A stretch of DNA of 61,842 nucleotides, filler included, from Hausera hauseri (lineage: Eukaryota), in the NCBI GenBank assembly GCA_046269625.1. It is 10 parts of 10 records of this genome, joined end to end, with 100 filler letters (N's around TTAATTAATTAA, not from the genome) between each part and the next. Parts side by side here need not be neighbours in the genome. Positions count along the whole stretch, not along the records: positions 12,294 to 20,628 come from JBJURY010684327.1; positions 20,729 to 26,835 come from JBJURY010139983.1; 8 more parts are not named here. One strand, given 5' to 3'. A program made the position numbers and the translations under genes. Positions within the stretch are counted from its first letter, which is position 1, and the number at the start of each line of letters is the position of its first letter. Below the pieces are notes generated by a model. That model worked only from the letters and a program-made list of their open reading frames with translations. It was not told the DNA's origin and ran no database searches. Positions 12,970 to 23,402 of this stretch are shown here, piece after piece.

Positions 12970-13440
12970 GATTGCACTCGTTTTTGTTTTTAATCTTGAC
13001 AGTGCGTCAGCGTCGACGTGTTTGTTACCCAGTTTGTATTGAAATTCAATGTTATATCGCGAAATTTCCTCGATCAAACGATTTAATCTACCTGTCGGAT
13101 TATTAACTCGTCCTTTTAATGTTGTAACTGCCTAGTGATCCGTTACTATTATAATCTTCTGTCCGTATACATATACATTAAAGTGCCGTAATTCTTCCTT
13201 AACGGCTAACGTTTCTAATGCGGCAACTGAGTAATTTTTTTCTGCTTTCTTTAGTGAACGTCCGCCATAGGCTATCGGGTGTTCTAATTCTTCGCCTTCT
13301 CGTTTCTGAGCTAATTCGTATCCTATGCCTTCTTTACTTGCATCTGTTTTAATGATGAATGGTAGGTTAAAATCCGTATATCTTAGGACTGGTTCACTTG
13401 TCAAAATTTTCTTAATTTCGTCGAACGCTCCTTGCTCCAC
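12970..13440 (-). pseudogene. Gypsy RNase H
   Basis: FIIKTDASKEGIGYELAQ...PIAYGGRSL..AEKNYS...LETLAV...IVTDH, HVDADALSR. Confidence 0.92.
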
Positions 13441-13476
13441 TTCCGTCCATCTCCTCTTAGTTCCTTTTTTGAGTAA

Positions 13477-14289
13477 TCAATATGGTGGTGCGTTAATTTT
13501 TGAATTGTCTGGTACGTAGGTGGCATAATGTCCACATAGACCTAACCAATGTCTTAATTGTTTTTGATTCTGCGGTTCCATACAATCAGATACTTTATTT
13601 AGTAGGGATTTATCCGGTTTTGATCCTCCTTCTCTGATTATTATTCCGAGGTACGATATTGCGTTTTGTGCCCATTTACATTTCTTCGGGTTCACTTTCA
13701 GCCCTGTTTGCTCTAGTCGCATGAGTGTATCTTCAATGTCTTTTAAGTGCTTCTCATCCGTTTTTGATGCTATTATCACGTCATCTAAGTATGCGAATGC
13801 ATGATCAAGTCCCATGAGCATTTTATTCATCATTCTAGTAAAAATAGCTAGTCCTGTGGTGATGCCGAAAGGCATAACATTAAATTCGTATACGCCATCG
13901 TGTGTTTCGAACGCTGTTTTATATCGATCTTCTTCTTCGATTTCCACTTGCCAATATTCCGATCGTAAGTCGAGAGTAGTGAACAATTTCGCTCCTAATA
14001 ATCTGTCTAAAGCTTCTTTTACTGACAGTAGTGGAAACAAGTCTTTCATTATCAGCGTGTTTAATGCCCGATAATCCATACAAAATCGATGTTTCGTGGT
14101 TCCTTTCTTTTTAACCATCAGTATAGGCGAGTACCATAATCGGTAGCTTGGTCGAATTATTTCGGCCTTTAACCTTCGTTCTACTTCTTCAGTTATTTCT
14201 GGTCTCAACGGATGGGGAGGTGGATACCATTTCGGCATTTTCTGTTCTTGTAGATCAATTTCATCATTTGAGCCGGGTTTCTTCCTCAA
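13477..14289 (-). pseudogene. Gypsy reverse transcriptase
   Basis: WYSPILMVKKK..KHRFCMDYRALN, LDLRSEYWQV, KTAF, YEFNVMPFG, FAYLDDVII, KCKW, YLG. Confidence 0.95.
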
Positions 14290-14819
14290 TGAAATTGTTA
14301 ATCTTAGAGCTTTTGCTCTGCTTATATCTTCTTCATTTGTGCCATTATCGAACTGTATTTACATAATAATTCGTAGAACTTGCAATACGCCTCCGGAGAG
14401 AATTTGGTTTCGACGTGAGATTGAAATTCATCGCACTTGTACGGTTTTTCTTCTATTGTTATTGCCGATACTCAACAAGTGTTACCTAGAGTAGTGTTAG
14501 CGTGCAATCGTACGGGAATTTGCGCTTTGTTCACTAATCTGATAGGCATTCGTCCTGTCACTACTGTACATAAAATATTCCTAAACATAAGGTTTGGATC
14601 GGTATTCTCTTGAGACTCACAATATACCGGCAGATCTTCATCTTGACGGATTTGCGCGAAAATTATCATTTCAGTTCTAGGCTGGATGTCTTCATCTACT
14701 GAAATCCATACTTTGCCTGATTTTCTTTCTTTTATTACTTTTGTCCCTTTTACTGGTGCGAGCTCAATTAATTTTCCATTGTATACATCGATTGCGATAC
14801 CTGGTATCTGTTTCAATAT

Positions 14820-15080
14820 ATCTCAACCTAGTACTACATCGTATGTTAACTGATCCATTATCGCAAAATCATGTTGAAGTGCCTGGCCCATCATATAGAC
14901 GGTAGGAGTCCATTTAAATTTTGGCTTCGATACTTGCCCAAATGCTTTTACACTACCTGAGTCCGACGATGCGGGTGGACATAGTTGGTCTCGCAAATTG
15001 GTTGGTATAGATTCATATTTTATAAATGATATTTCTGATCCTGTGTCGATTAATGCATACACTTCCCAATCTTCGATGTT
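14820..15080 (-). pseudogene. Retropepsin-like aspartic protease
   Basis: VYALIDTGSEISFI...YDVVLG*D; the stop corresponds to Cys in copy 1. Confidence 0.88.
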
Positions 15081-15769
15081 TTTTTTAGCAAAAGGTTTCC
15101 CTTCTGCTACTCTTCTGTAGCAATTTGACGCTACCTTTGACTGTTGTATAGTAGAGACTCTATGTCCATTTATTGTTATTTCTGGCGATGAAATAACACC
15201 TTGCCTTAATTGTCTTAATTCGCCTTTCGAATACAAGTCGTTTTTTGTTATCTCGGAAACACGACTGTTAATGAGCGGTTCCTGGGCAGTGAACTTGAGA
15301 TCGAACACAGTTTCGGGTTCTCCCAGATAGGTGATTTCGATTCATTTTGACGCGGTATCCTTTTTGAGTACAATATTCCGTGGTCGTTTTCGGTTAGTCC
15401 TTGTTTGATAACATTCATTTTCCGTAGTACTCCATATTGTTTTGTTTTTTCATAAGGATCTTCGTAATTAATGGGCTTTTGATAGATTTCGGACCTGCAT
15501 AATACGATTGAATTGCGGTCGCAGTCTTCATATATCGGTGCTGTTGGCGGCAAGATGGGTAATGGCGCGTTAATCACTGAGTACATCTTGTGCATCTTCA
15601 TTCTGGAACTCACTTTTCCTCCCTTAAGCTCATCATCATCTGACTCATCCTTTCGTGTTACTATTTTCTTATTTTTGCGTTTATACAAAATCGAAGGCCT
15701 TCCTCGCCGTTTGCGGTTATAGTACCCGACGTGGCGTTCTACGTCATTCTTCCATAAATTTTCTTCGTA

Positions 15770-17600
15770 GGACTTGACCATTTTTCCAAAGTGTGTGATA
15801 ATAGCAGTCAAAATATTGCAACAGAATCCTATCAATGTGAATATTTCATATCTGTTTATAATAGCTTGGATCACTGCTTTAAATAACTTGACTAAGAAGT
15901 AGATGGCTAAGAATCCCGATGCAGCTTGTCCAAAAATTAGAAACCTCCCTAAATCTTGTACAATATTTCTGAAGTTACCCTTTGATAGTGACTAGCGCCA
16001 AGTAGCGATTCCCATTTCGCTTGAATGCGGTTGTCGTTCATGACCATTGACATGGCCATATTCAACTCATAGGTTCATTGTCGTGGAAAAGCTGAGAATT
16101 GCCTAAAGGCTTCTATGTCCTTTGGTCTATAAATTCATTTATTGGCCGTGTCTTCGAACTTCTGTTTTGATAATCCCTTTAGTAAATATGTTCCAGTTAG
16201 TTTACTAGGGGCTGTGGCAGAACCTCTATTAGGTAGACTTATCCAGTCGGTTCCACTACGTCGGAACATAGGTTCACCTAGACTCGTCTTACATTCTTTC
16301 AGTATGGTTGGTTCGGTTGAGTTTGTTAATAATACTCTGGTGAGTGGCATTGCTAGTCTTGGCATATTTTCATAGATGACCTGTAATTCTTGCATGCATC
16401 TTTTCTCTTCTACGTTAATCGGTACGTCTCTTTTCTCGCATTCGTAAGTTAATAGGACTTCTCCAGTAACTCGTCCAAAAACACCTTCTTTCATTGGTAT
16501 AATTGGCGATGCCAATTCTGGGTTGGCATAAATTAAGGCTAGTTTGGTTCTCATGACTTCAGTATCTAGTCTGCAGTCATTTGTTATCATTTTGTGGTAT
16601 AGTTCTGCTATTCCGGTTTTTCCTTTGTAATAAAAATAGTCGTCTCGATTTTTGAGATATTTCTCAATCCTTATGTCTTGCGTTTTCAAATCATACGTTT
16701 TCATGTTAATTTCGGTTTTTGCTACGAAAAATGCTTCGGAGTTTGTGGCATACATAATTACATAGCAACTTGTTAGCATATCTTTTCTAATAAACTCTAA
16801 TCCATGTGCATCCGATATCAATATCGTTGGTGTGGGATATTCTACTACATCTTCCCTTGATCTGGTATTTGTGTGTAGTTTATTTGTATAACGTTTTCCG
16901 GTTGTCTCATTAAACTTTAGCTCTTTGATTTTCATGAAATTGCAATCTCTCTTAGAAGGTTGGGTCCATACCACAATTGAACTCCGGAACGTGCAAGCAC
17001 CGTCATGAATGTGACACTTCGAATTTTAGGTAAATAGTTTGGTAACACTATGAACCATTGCTTTCAAGATCTTAACTCGGTTTCGTAAACATGTACGACT
17101 AGTATTCCTCCTTTCTTTCCCTTTCCAGTGCCATATTCCCTTCCAACACAATAACCGGTGTGCATATTTAGTTTTCCGACTGTCACTTTGTAGGCTCTAA
17201 TGATCTTTCCTTCTTGGGCTTCTAATTCCATGCCGTCCCAAACAATTTTGCCATTTAGCCGGGCTCCTAAACAAAGTTGTCTATCCACGTTTATTGGGAT
17301 TAATGATGTGGTTGGTTTGATAATTGAAGAATGCCCGTGCATATTACCACAATGAAAAACGCCGCGAGATTTCCCTATAATGCATTCCGTCGCATCCATT
17401 GAGATTAGTTCACGTTGCTGATATAATACATACCTTTTTTTCTTGTCTCGAGCTTATAAGGTCTCGCATCTTCGCATGTTTTTAAGTATATTAAGGAATA
17501 TTTCTGGCCTACCTTGAATTTGTCACAGTCTTATATGGCGACTGCTCCCACCTGCTTCACTAACAGCATTATTGTTAGTAGATTGAATAACCAAATCGAT
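15770..17600 (-). pseudogene. Chuvirus-like class III fusion glycoprotein, copy 2
   Basis: Signal WLFNLLTIMLLVKQVGA, AI*DC (YDC in copy 1), FHCGNMHGHSSI (cf. chuvirus YCGMHSH), TGYCVGREY, DCRLD..RTKLALIYANPE...GRVTGEVLLTYEC...RCMQELQV...PLTRVL, and TM FLIFGQAASGFLAIYFLVKL followed by a second hydrophobic stretch. Confidence 0.85.
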
Positions 17601-20600
17601 TCGTTCCCTCTACTTAAAGAGATGTTTCGTACTATGTCCTTTAAGTTATTGGTCCTTTTCGTATTGACCTCTTTTTCGAATAGTTTAGCCCATTTTATTT
17701 CTTTAGGTACCCTTCTCGCCGCTTTCCTAGCTAACCCGATAGTTTTGTCCAATTCAGTTTCTCGAAGAGGATTAGTTTTTGCAGCCAAGTATATCAAGAC
17801 TTTCCTTAATTTTTCCGTCGTATTGTCTATCATAATTCTGTCAATTACTGTTTCGTCAGGGAGGGTGATTTTAGGTAATTTAAATCGCGAAGTCTTTATT
17901 TTCTGAGCTGCATTACATATTAGTCTTTCCTTCTTGGATAATATGTCGCCTTGGAGTGCGGTATAATTGACTATCCTTATTAGATCTCTCATTAGCTCGA
18001 TTAGTTATTCGTTACCTGATCTCGGAGTGGGTATTAATAATTGTCTCAATTCCCTGATTAGATCTGCGTTATAGTCAATTTCCTTTATTTTTCTTAGTCT
18101 TCCGACCAGTCATTTCGGTTTCACCGGTAACGAAGTTTCTCTTAGGGGAACTAAGTTCCTATCGTATTGCAGTTGATCATCATCAGTCTATAAGTATTCG
18201 AAATACATTGCGGCATCTTGGATCCCCATGATTTTCCCAACGCAATGCTCTGTATGTGACTTTCTCATGGCTTCATCCTTGGTTTGCTCGCTGGCGACTA
18301 TGGCTATTATTCGATTCGCTTCGAGTGGTATAATCCCAACGTCTATTAAGAATTCTAGCTCATCTAATATCCTACCTCTGAAATAGAGTTGGTAGTTAAC
18401 TCCTTTCCTACCATCCTTATCCATTATCCTCTGTTTTATGTTCCCAACGGTGGGATAGGTAGTACACTAAAATTCCTTGTCATCCATTCCTTCGGATGAT
18501 ACTTTCACTTTAATTTCTGCTTCCGGTTTATTTTTCAATAGTTTCGCGTACTCTCTTATTAAGAGATTTAGTACGGTGCTGTATGCGGTATTTTCGCTAG
18601 ATAGTTTAGTCAAGGTTGGAATCAATTCCCTTAACTTCTCTTCGCTTATGTTTATTTTCAACATTCTGCTAGTTCCTTTAGCGAGCGTGAGATCAAGTAG
18701 CATTTGGACATCAAATTTCGTCTTCCATGCACCAGTAGGTGACTCATAAATTTGTATTGGAGTTCTTTTACTTTGCTCGGTTAGACCTTCGAGATATTTA
18801 TCCCATTTAGCTTTATTATCCGCGTCAGGTAACTCGTAGTTCGTTAGTGCCGCATGTCCGACCTGGACTCTTTTGCGTAATCCTCTTATTTGCGGCTGCA
18901 ATGTTTTCATTACGGATATTCTAAATCCGTCTCAATTTCCACACCCTTGATGTATCAATGTTATTAATCGGCACATTTTTTCTGGTTGTATCAAGTCTTT
19001 CCCCGATAACTAGTCATTTCCGCAAATCTGTCTCTTTGTCATCTCTGTATAAATTCCGTTTTGTCATTCATTTCAGATTCCGTAAGGAAATACTTGTTCT
19101 TGCAAACTTCTGTTTCTCTCAGTAATTCGTTTAGCTCGCGGTGCCTTTTTTCGGAGGGTAACCGGGTTTCTTTTAGCAGACGTATTTGATTTGATAGTCG
19201 TTTGGCTACTACTTCGTTAATTTCTGCCATTTCTGTTAATAATGAGATTAATTTGTGCATTTTATTCAATACTTCAGCATCCGGATCTATTGCATCCATT
19301 AGCCTGCCTATGAACTTGGCTTCATCCGCCGTTAACTGGAGATCTTTCCTTATTTCCGTTAGTTCGTTGTGGTAGAGTAGGTCGAACCCTGGTGTCCATT
19401 CTGGTGGATTTGTAAATACTTTAGTGTCTAATTCGAGAAGACAAGCACGCATTATTCTCCGTGCTTCTGCCTTTTCAGGGTAAACTATACCGATTCTTAA
19501 GTCGTTAATTTTAGCTCGTATCTTATTTTCTTTTTCAATACGTATTTTTAAATCTGCGTTTTTTCGAGTGCTATCCTTTATTAAGCTACACATATCTATT
19601 AGAAAGGAAATGTCGACTTGGTATATGCCCAATATCTCTAAGTCAGCATCAGTCAATTCATATACTGGCTTGTTATGCAGGTAAGAAATTATCGTTTCTT
19701 CGATTTCATATATCAATCCTTCTAGATTACGTCTTACGCGTTTTAGTTTTAGATTGTCCTTTAGTGCGTCTAATAGTCCTTGAGTTTGATTTATTTGTTC
19801 CAGAAATGGCTCATTTCTATTCCACCATATTTTCGGAAAATCAATCTCACTCTTTGTCCATAATTCTAATTTACTTTGCCAACTCTCTATTAAGTCTTTC
19901 GGCTTTTTCTGCAGTCTATAATGTATGTTTTTTTCCTTTTCTTGCGAACCGGTTTTAAGCTTTTTACATAGCTTTTTTATGAATGTTGTTCTTCTCCGGA
20001 AATATCCAACTGTTTGCTTTTCTCCTGGAGTTTTTGTAAGCTCTCCTGTAGCCTTTCCGGATCATTCAATGCGTCTCTTATTTTTGTTATTTCGCTACCA
20101 TTTTTCCCAGACTTTCTAATTTTTCCAAATTTTGTAAATTTTTCCTCTTTCGATTCCTCTTCACTAAGTGGTAACGGACAAACTTCATTAATTTCATCGA
20201 TATTCGAAATATCTGTTGTTTCCGGAACGTTTTGAGTTATAATAGGAGTATTTAACATCTCTTCATTTCTTAAAGTGATGATGAAATCTTCCTCCTTTCC
20301 TACATTCTTTTTAATAGGGGATCGTGAACGAGTTCCTGACCTTCTCCTAAGAGAAGGGATTCTACCTCTATTCTTGGTTATCTTAAGTATTAATGGTCCA
20401 ATAAATTCACTCTCAACTTCGTCAGTTGTTTTATCCTTAATTTGAGACAGTACTTCGGTATCTGCGTCCAAGTTTACACTTGAAAGCGTAGACAGTTTTT
20501 CTTCTTTCTCCTCTCTTACTGCTTAATTTAGATTTTTCTTCCTGGCCATAATAGTATTCTTAGGTGCTATAGCTTTTTCGTACTCTGTTTTTGGTTCTCT

Positions 20601-20628
20601 TAACCCATGATAAACTTCCATTTGCTTC
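17590..20628 (-). pseudogene. Large N-terminal polyprotein region (gag position), helical/coiled-coil, with an embedded ubiquitin-like domain at about 18290-18515
   Basis: ORF pieces 18467-18910, 18188-18424 and 17531-17992 share one frame that runs into the G signal peptide. RRRSGTRSRSP motif near 20330. No CCHC knuckle seen. Confidence 0.7.
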
Positions 20629-20762
20629 NNNNNNNNNNNNNNNNNNNNNNNNNNNNNNNNNNNNNNNNNNNNTTAATTAATTAANNNNNNNNNNNNNNNN
20701 NNNNNNNNNNNNNNNNNNNNNNNNNNNNTGATTCCAACTATAATCCCGATTACATACTTTAC

Positions 20763-21671
20763 TTGCGTTCTCTGACACTTAAACACCCATCTATAGAGCG
20801 CTACTTAAATTGTGCAAAACGGTGTTTCGAACAGTATGCGACATCGCAGAAATCATCGGGCTCGGAGAAACGGGAATGTAGCAAAAGTAGCGATTTCGTT
20901 ATTGATTGTATCTGCGAATATCCGTACGATGACTGGCGTATGGCGCAATGCGAATCATGCGGAGTACGACAACACATTGATTGCGCGCACGCCCATCCTA
21001 GTCAAGTGCAGAATTTTCTCAAACATCGCTGCCACAAATGCAGCGATATTAAAGCGGATATTTCGCGTGCTAAAGCTATTCAAAGTTCTCGTAAAATCTG
21101 GCATATGACGACTATGCAAGCGGATAAATTGTGCTATTGCATGAAATCAAAATCAGAAGATTTGAAGAAGCACAAGGATCTTTCTCTACAAGCTAAAACA
21201 TTGGCCACAGAATTCAATAAATTAACAGGTAAAAGCCTTGCAAATAGGGTTAACAAGCGTAGACAAGATTTAAGGGCATACGCGGAAAATGAAAAAAATT
21301 CAGAAGATATTCCACCAACAACAGCATCAGTTAATGAAGAAACTAGCAATGTTGTTGGTTCTAAAATTACTGCATTGGAATTAAACACGGCTCAACCAAC
21401 AAATGCACCGTTAAGTATGACTGATACAAAAGCAGATGATAACGCGCCCCTTAATGACGATTTACCAAACAAAGCTACTGACGGTTCTGATCTTTCGAAT
21501 GTTGTAGATGAATATGCTCAGCGATTGGCTCTTCTGAATAGGAGAAATCAGCCATTGAAAAAAGACTACAAAGAAGTTACGAAGAGTCTTTATTCGAATA
21601 ATCTACTTACCAAAGTTGAAAAACTCAAAGAAGGCAAAGAGGAAAAAACAGAATATTTTGGCAACAAGTAA
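20763..21671 (+). CDS. PHD-finger protein fragment (KMT2E/MLL5/UpSET-like PHD)
   Basis: VIDCICEYPYDDWRMAQCESCGVRQHIDC...CHKC...DISRAKAIQ: C4HC3 pattern with the QHIDC signature; 5' end at the contig edge. Confidence 0.7.
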   Translation: MRSLTLKHPSIERYLNCAKRCFEQYATSQKSSGSEKRECSKSSDFVIDCICEYPYDDWRMAQCESCGVRQHIDCAHAHPSQVQNFLKHRCHKCSDIKADISRAKAIQSSRKIWHMTTMQADKLCYCMKSKSEDLKKHKDLSLQAKTLATEFNKLTGKSLANRVNKRRQDLRAYAENEKNSEDIPPTTASVNEETSNVVGSKITALELNTAQPTNAPLSMTDTKADDNAPLNDDLPNKATDGSDLSNVVDEYAQRLALLNRRNQPLKKDYKEVTKSLYSNNLLTKVEKLKEGKEEKTEYFGNK

Positions 21672-22055
21672 TATTGAAGCTAAAAATGCTAGTGATGAAA
21701 CAAGTTCACGTTTTGCCGCCGAAAATGGCCATGTTGAGGTGTGTCAGTATTTGCTTGAATGTAACGCAAACATCAGTCATACGTCAGAAGGCGGAAGAAC
21801 TGTACTAATGACGGCTAGGCGAGCAGGCAATTTAGAGGTTGTTAAACTCCTTGTTGAAAGAGATGCAAATGTCGATCAATTAACTGATCAAAGAGATCAC
21901 AATGCTCTTAGTTTGGCATGTTCTAACGGACATTGCAAGGTCGTCGAATATTTGCATAAAGTCGGTGCTGGTCCAGCAATTAAATGGGGAGATAACTGTA
22001 CCATTCTCACCGACGCATTACGAAGGGACATTTTGATGTTACCGACTTATTACTG
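21660..22055 (+). pseudogene. Ankyrin repeats of ANKHD1/MASK type, one frameshift after the PHD ORF, cut off by the Gypsy insertion
   Basis: AAENGHVEVCQYLL, HTSEGGRTVLMTARRAGNLEVVKLLV, DHNALSLACSNGH resemble MASK repeats (HESEGGRTPLMKAARAG, DHTVVSLAC). Confidence 0.75.
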
Positions 22056-22411
22056 CGCGACTTGAGGGGAAACTCGGCCACCCTGCATTTGGGTGCCCGT
22101 CCCGCCGCGGCGGAAGTCCCGACCGTCAACCCTGCGCCGGTCGGTCGCACTGCGCCTTTCGCGTCGGCTTCACATCACGCCCCCAGGCGCACCACTCCTT
22201 CCCCTTCTATTTTCTGTTTACTCAATAATACCCTCATTTACACAATGATTATATAACATCTACACATTCCCACCCTTCGTACCTCCATTTTTTACTCAAT
22301 TCTTCCGATTTTTATTTCACCCATAACGGCGCTATCATACCTCTCACCGGAACCCTACCATCTTTCTCAAGCTACATTTGCCTCCACATATGTCTCCGTA
22401 TCCGTGGTGGC

Positions 22412-23402
22412 ATGAACTCTTCGCCAGCCATTGACACCAGGGATAAAACCACCACGAAACCAATACCCGTTATATTGCTCCAAAAATCCACTCCTAACAC
22501 TGCTAGCAACCTCCCATCCATTACATCTTCCGCTCCTTTCCCTATCTGCACCGAATTCTTCATTGACAACCAAGGCTCCAGCAAAACGTGGTTGCAATTC
22601 CACCAGCTTTGGCTGCAGACAAATAACACTACCGAATCTTTAACTAGAGCACATAATCTTCTTTTCCTACAGCCTAATAATATCAAGACCCGCATTCACA
22701 ACATCATCGAAATCTTTCAACTTCCAGATCCATATTCCCAACTTTCTAACGCAGTCCTGAAGATCACGGAACTTTCCATGGACAAGATTATACAACGTTT
22801 CTTCCATGACAACGTGATAGGCACCCAACGGCCGCCAGAATTCTTACGCACTACCTATCCAAATCCGGGCACTACTTACCGTGGTGGGGGACTCCACACC
22901 CCTTGAGAAATTAGCCGAGTTAGCCGATAGGACACACAATGTCCTACACGTAAATTCGCCACCAGTTATTTCAGCAGCAGTTGTCGTTAACGATATTATA
23001 TCCATAGAACAACGTAATCAGCTACGTGCTGAAAACATTGCACTACATGCAACAATCAACAACATCAATAATAAATTAAACGAATTGTCTCTGTCCCACC
23101 GAGGGGGTTTTGCCGCTGACCGCGCTCGTTCTGTGTCTAGAAACCGCTCACCTTCACCTACGCGTTCGGTGATATGCTGTTACCACAGCAGATTTAACAC
23201 TAGTGCTCAAAAGTGCTGCCTAGGGTGCAAATTTTATAAGAAGAATTTTTCCTCGGACACCGTTGTTTGCACTTACCATGCAAGGTTCAAAAGCCAAGCT
23301 CGTAAATGTATTCCAGGCTGCACTTTGAAATCCAATAAGAACGACGGACGTACTGCCTTTCCTTCTAATATTCGTCCTAATTCACCCTTCCAAAAAAACT
23401 AA
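22412..23402 (+). pseudogene. gag: Gypsy gag with two CxYH..F...A.KC...C knuckles
   Basis: PDPYSQL, IGTQRPPEFLR, LEKLAELADR, CCYHSRFNTSAQKCCLGC and CTYHARFKSQARKCIPGC; ends ...CAAAAAAACTAA. Confidence 0.85.

Larger units (their letters stand above)
12294..20628 (-). mobile_element. Ty3/Gypsy retroelement with chuvirus-like glycoprotein upstream of pol, copy 2 (more complete; both ends cut by contig limits)
   Basis: The minus strand reads: >1000-aa helical N-terminal region, signal peptide, G, TM, tail, PR, RT, RNase H, integrase. No LTR falls within the contig. Confidence 0.92.

Noticed and set aside
14470-14720. Domain between PR and RT as an extra captured gene
   Set aside because: It resembles the spacer commonly found between PR and RT in Gypsy pol; no catalytic dUTPase motifs.
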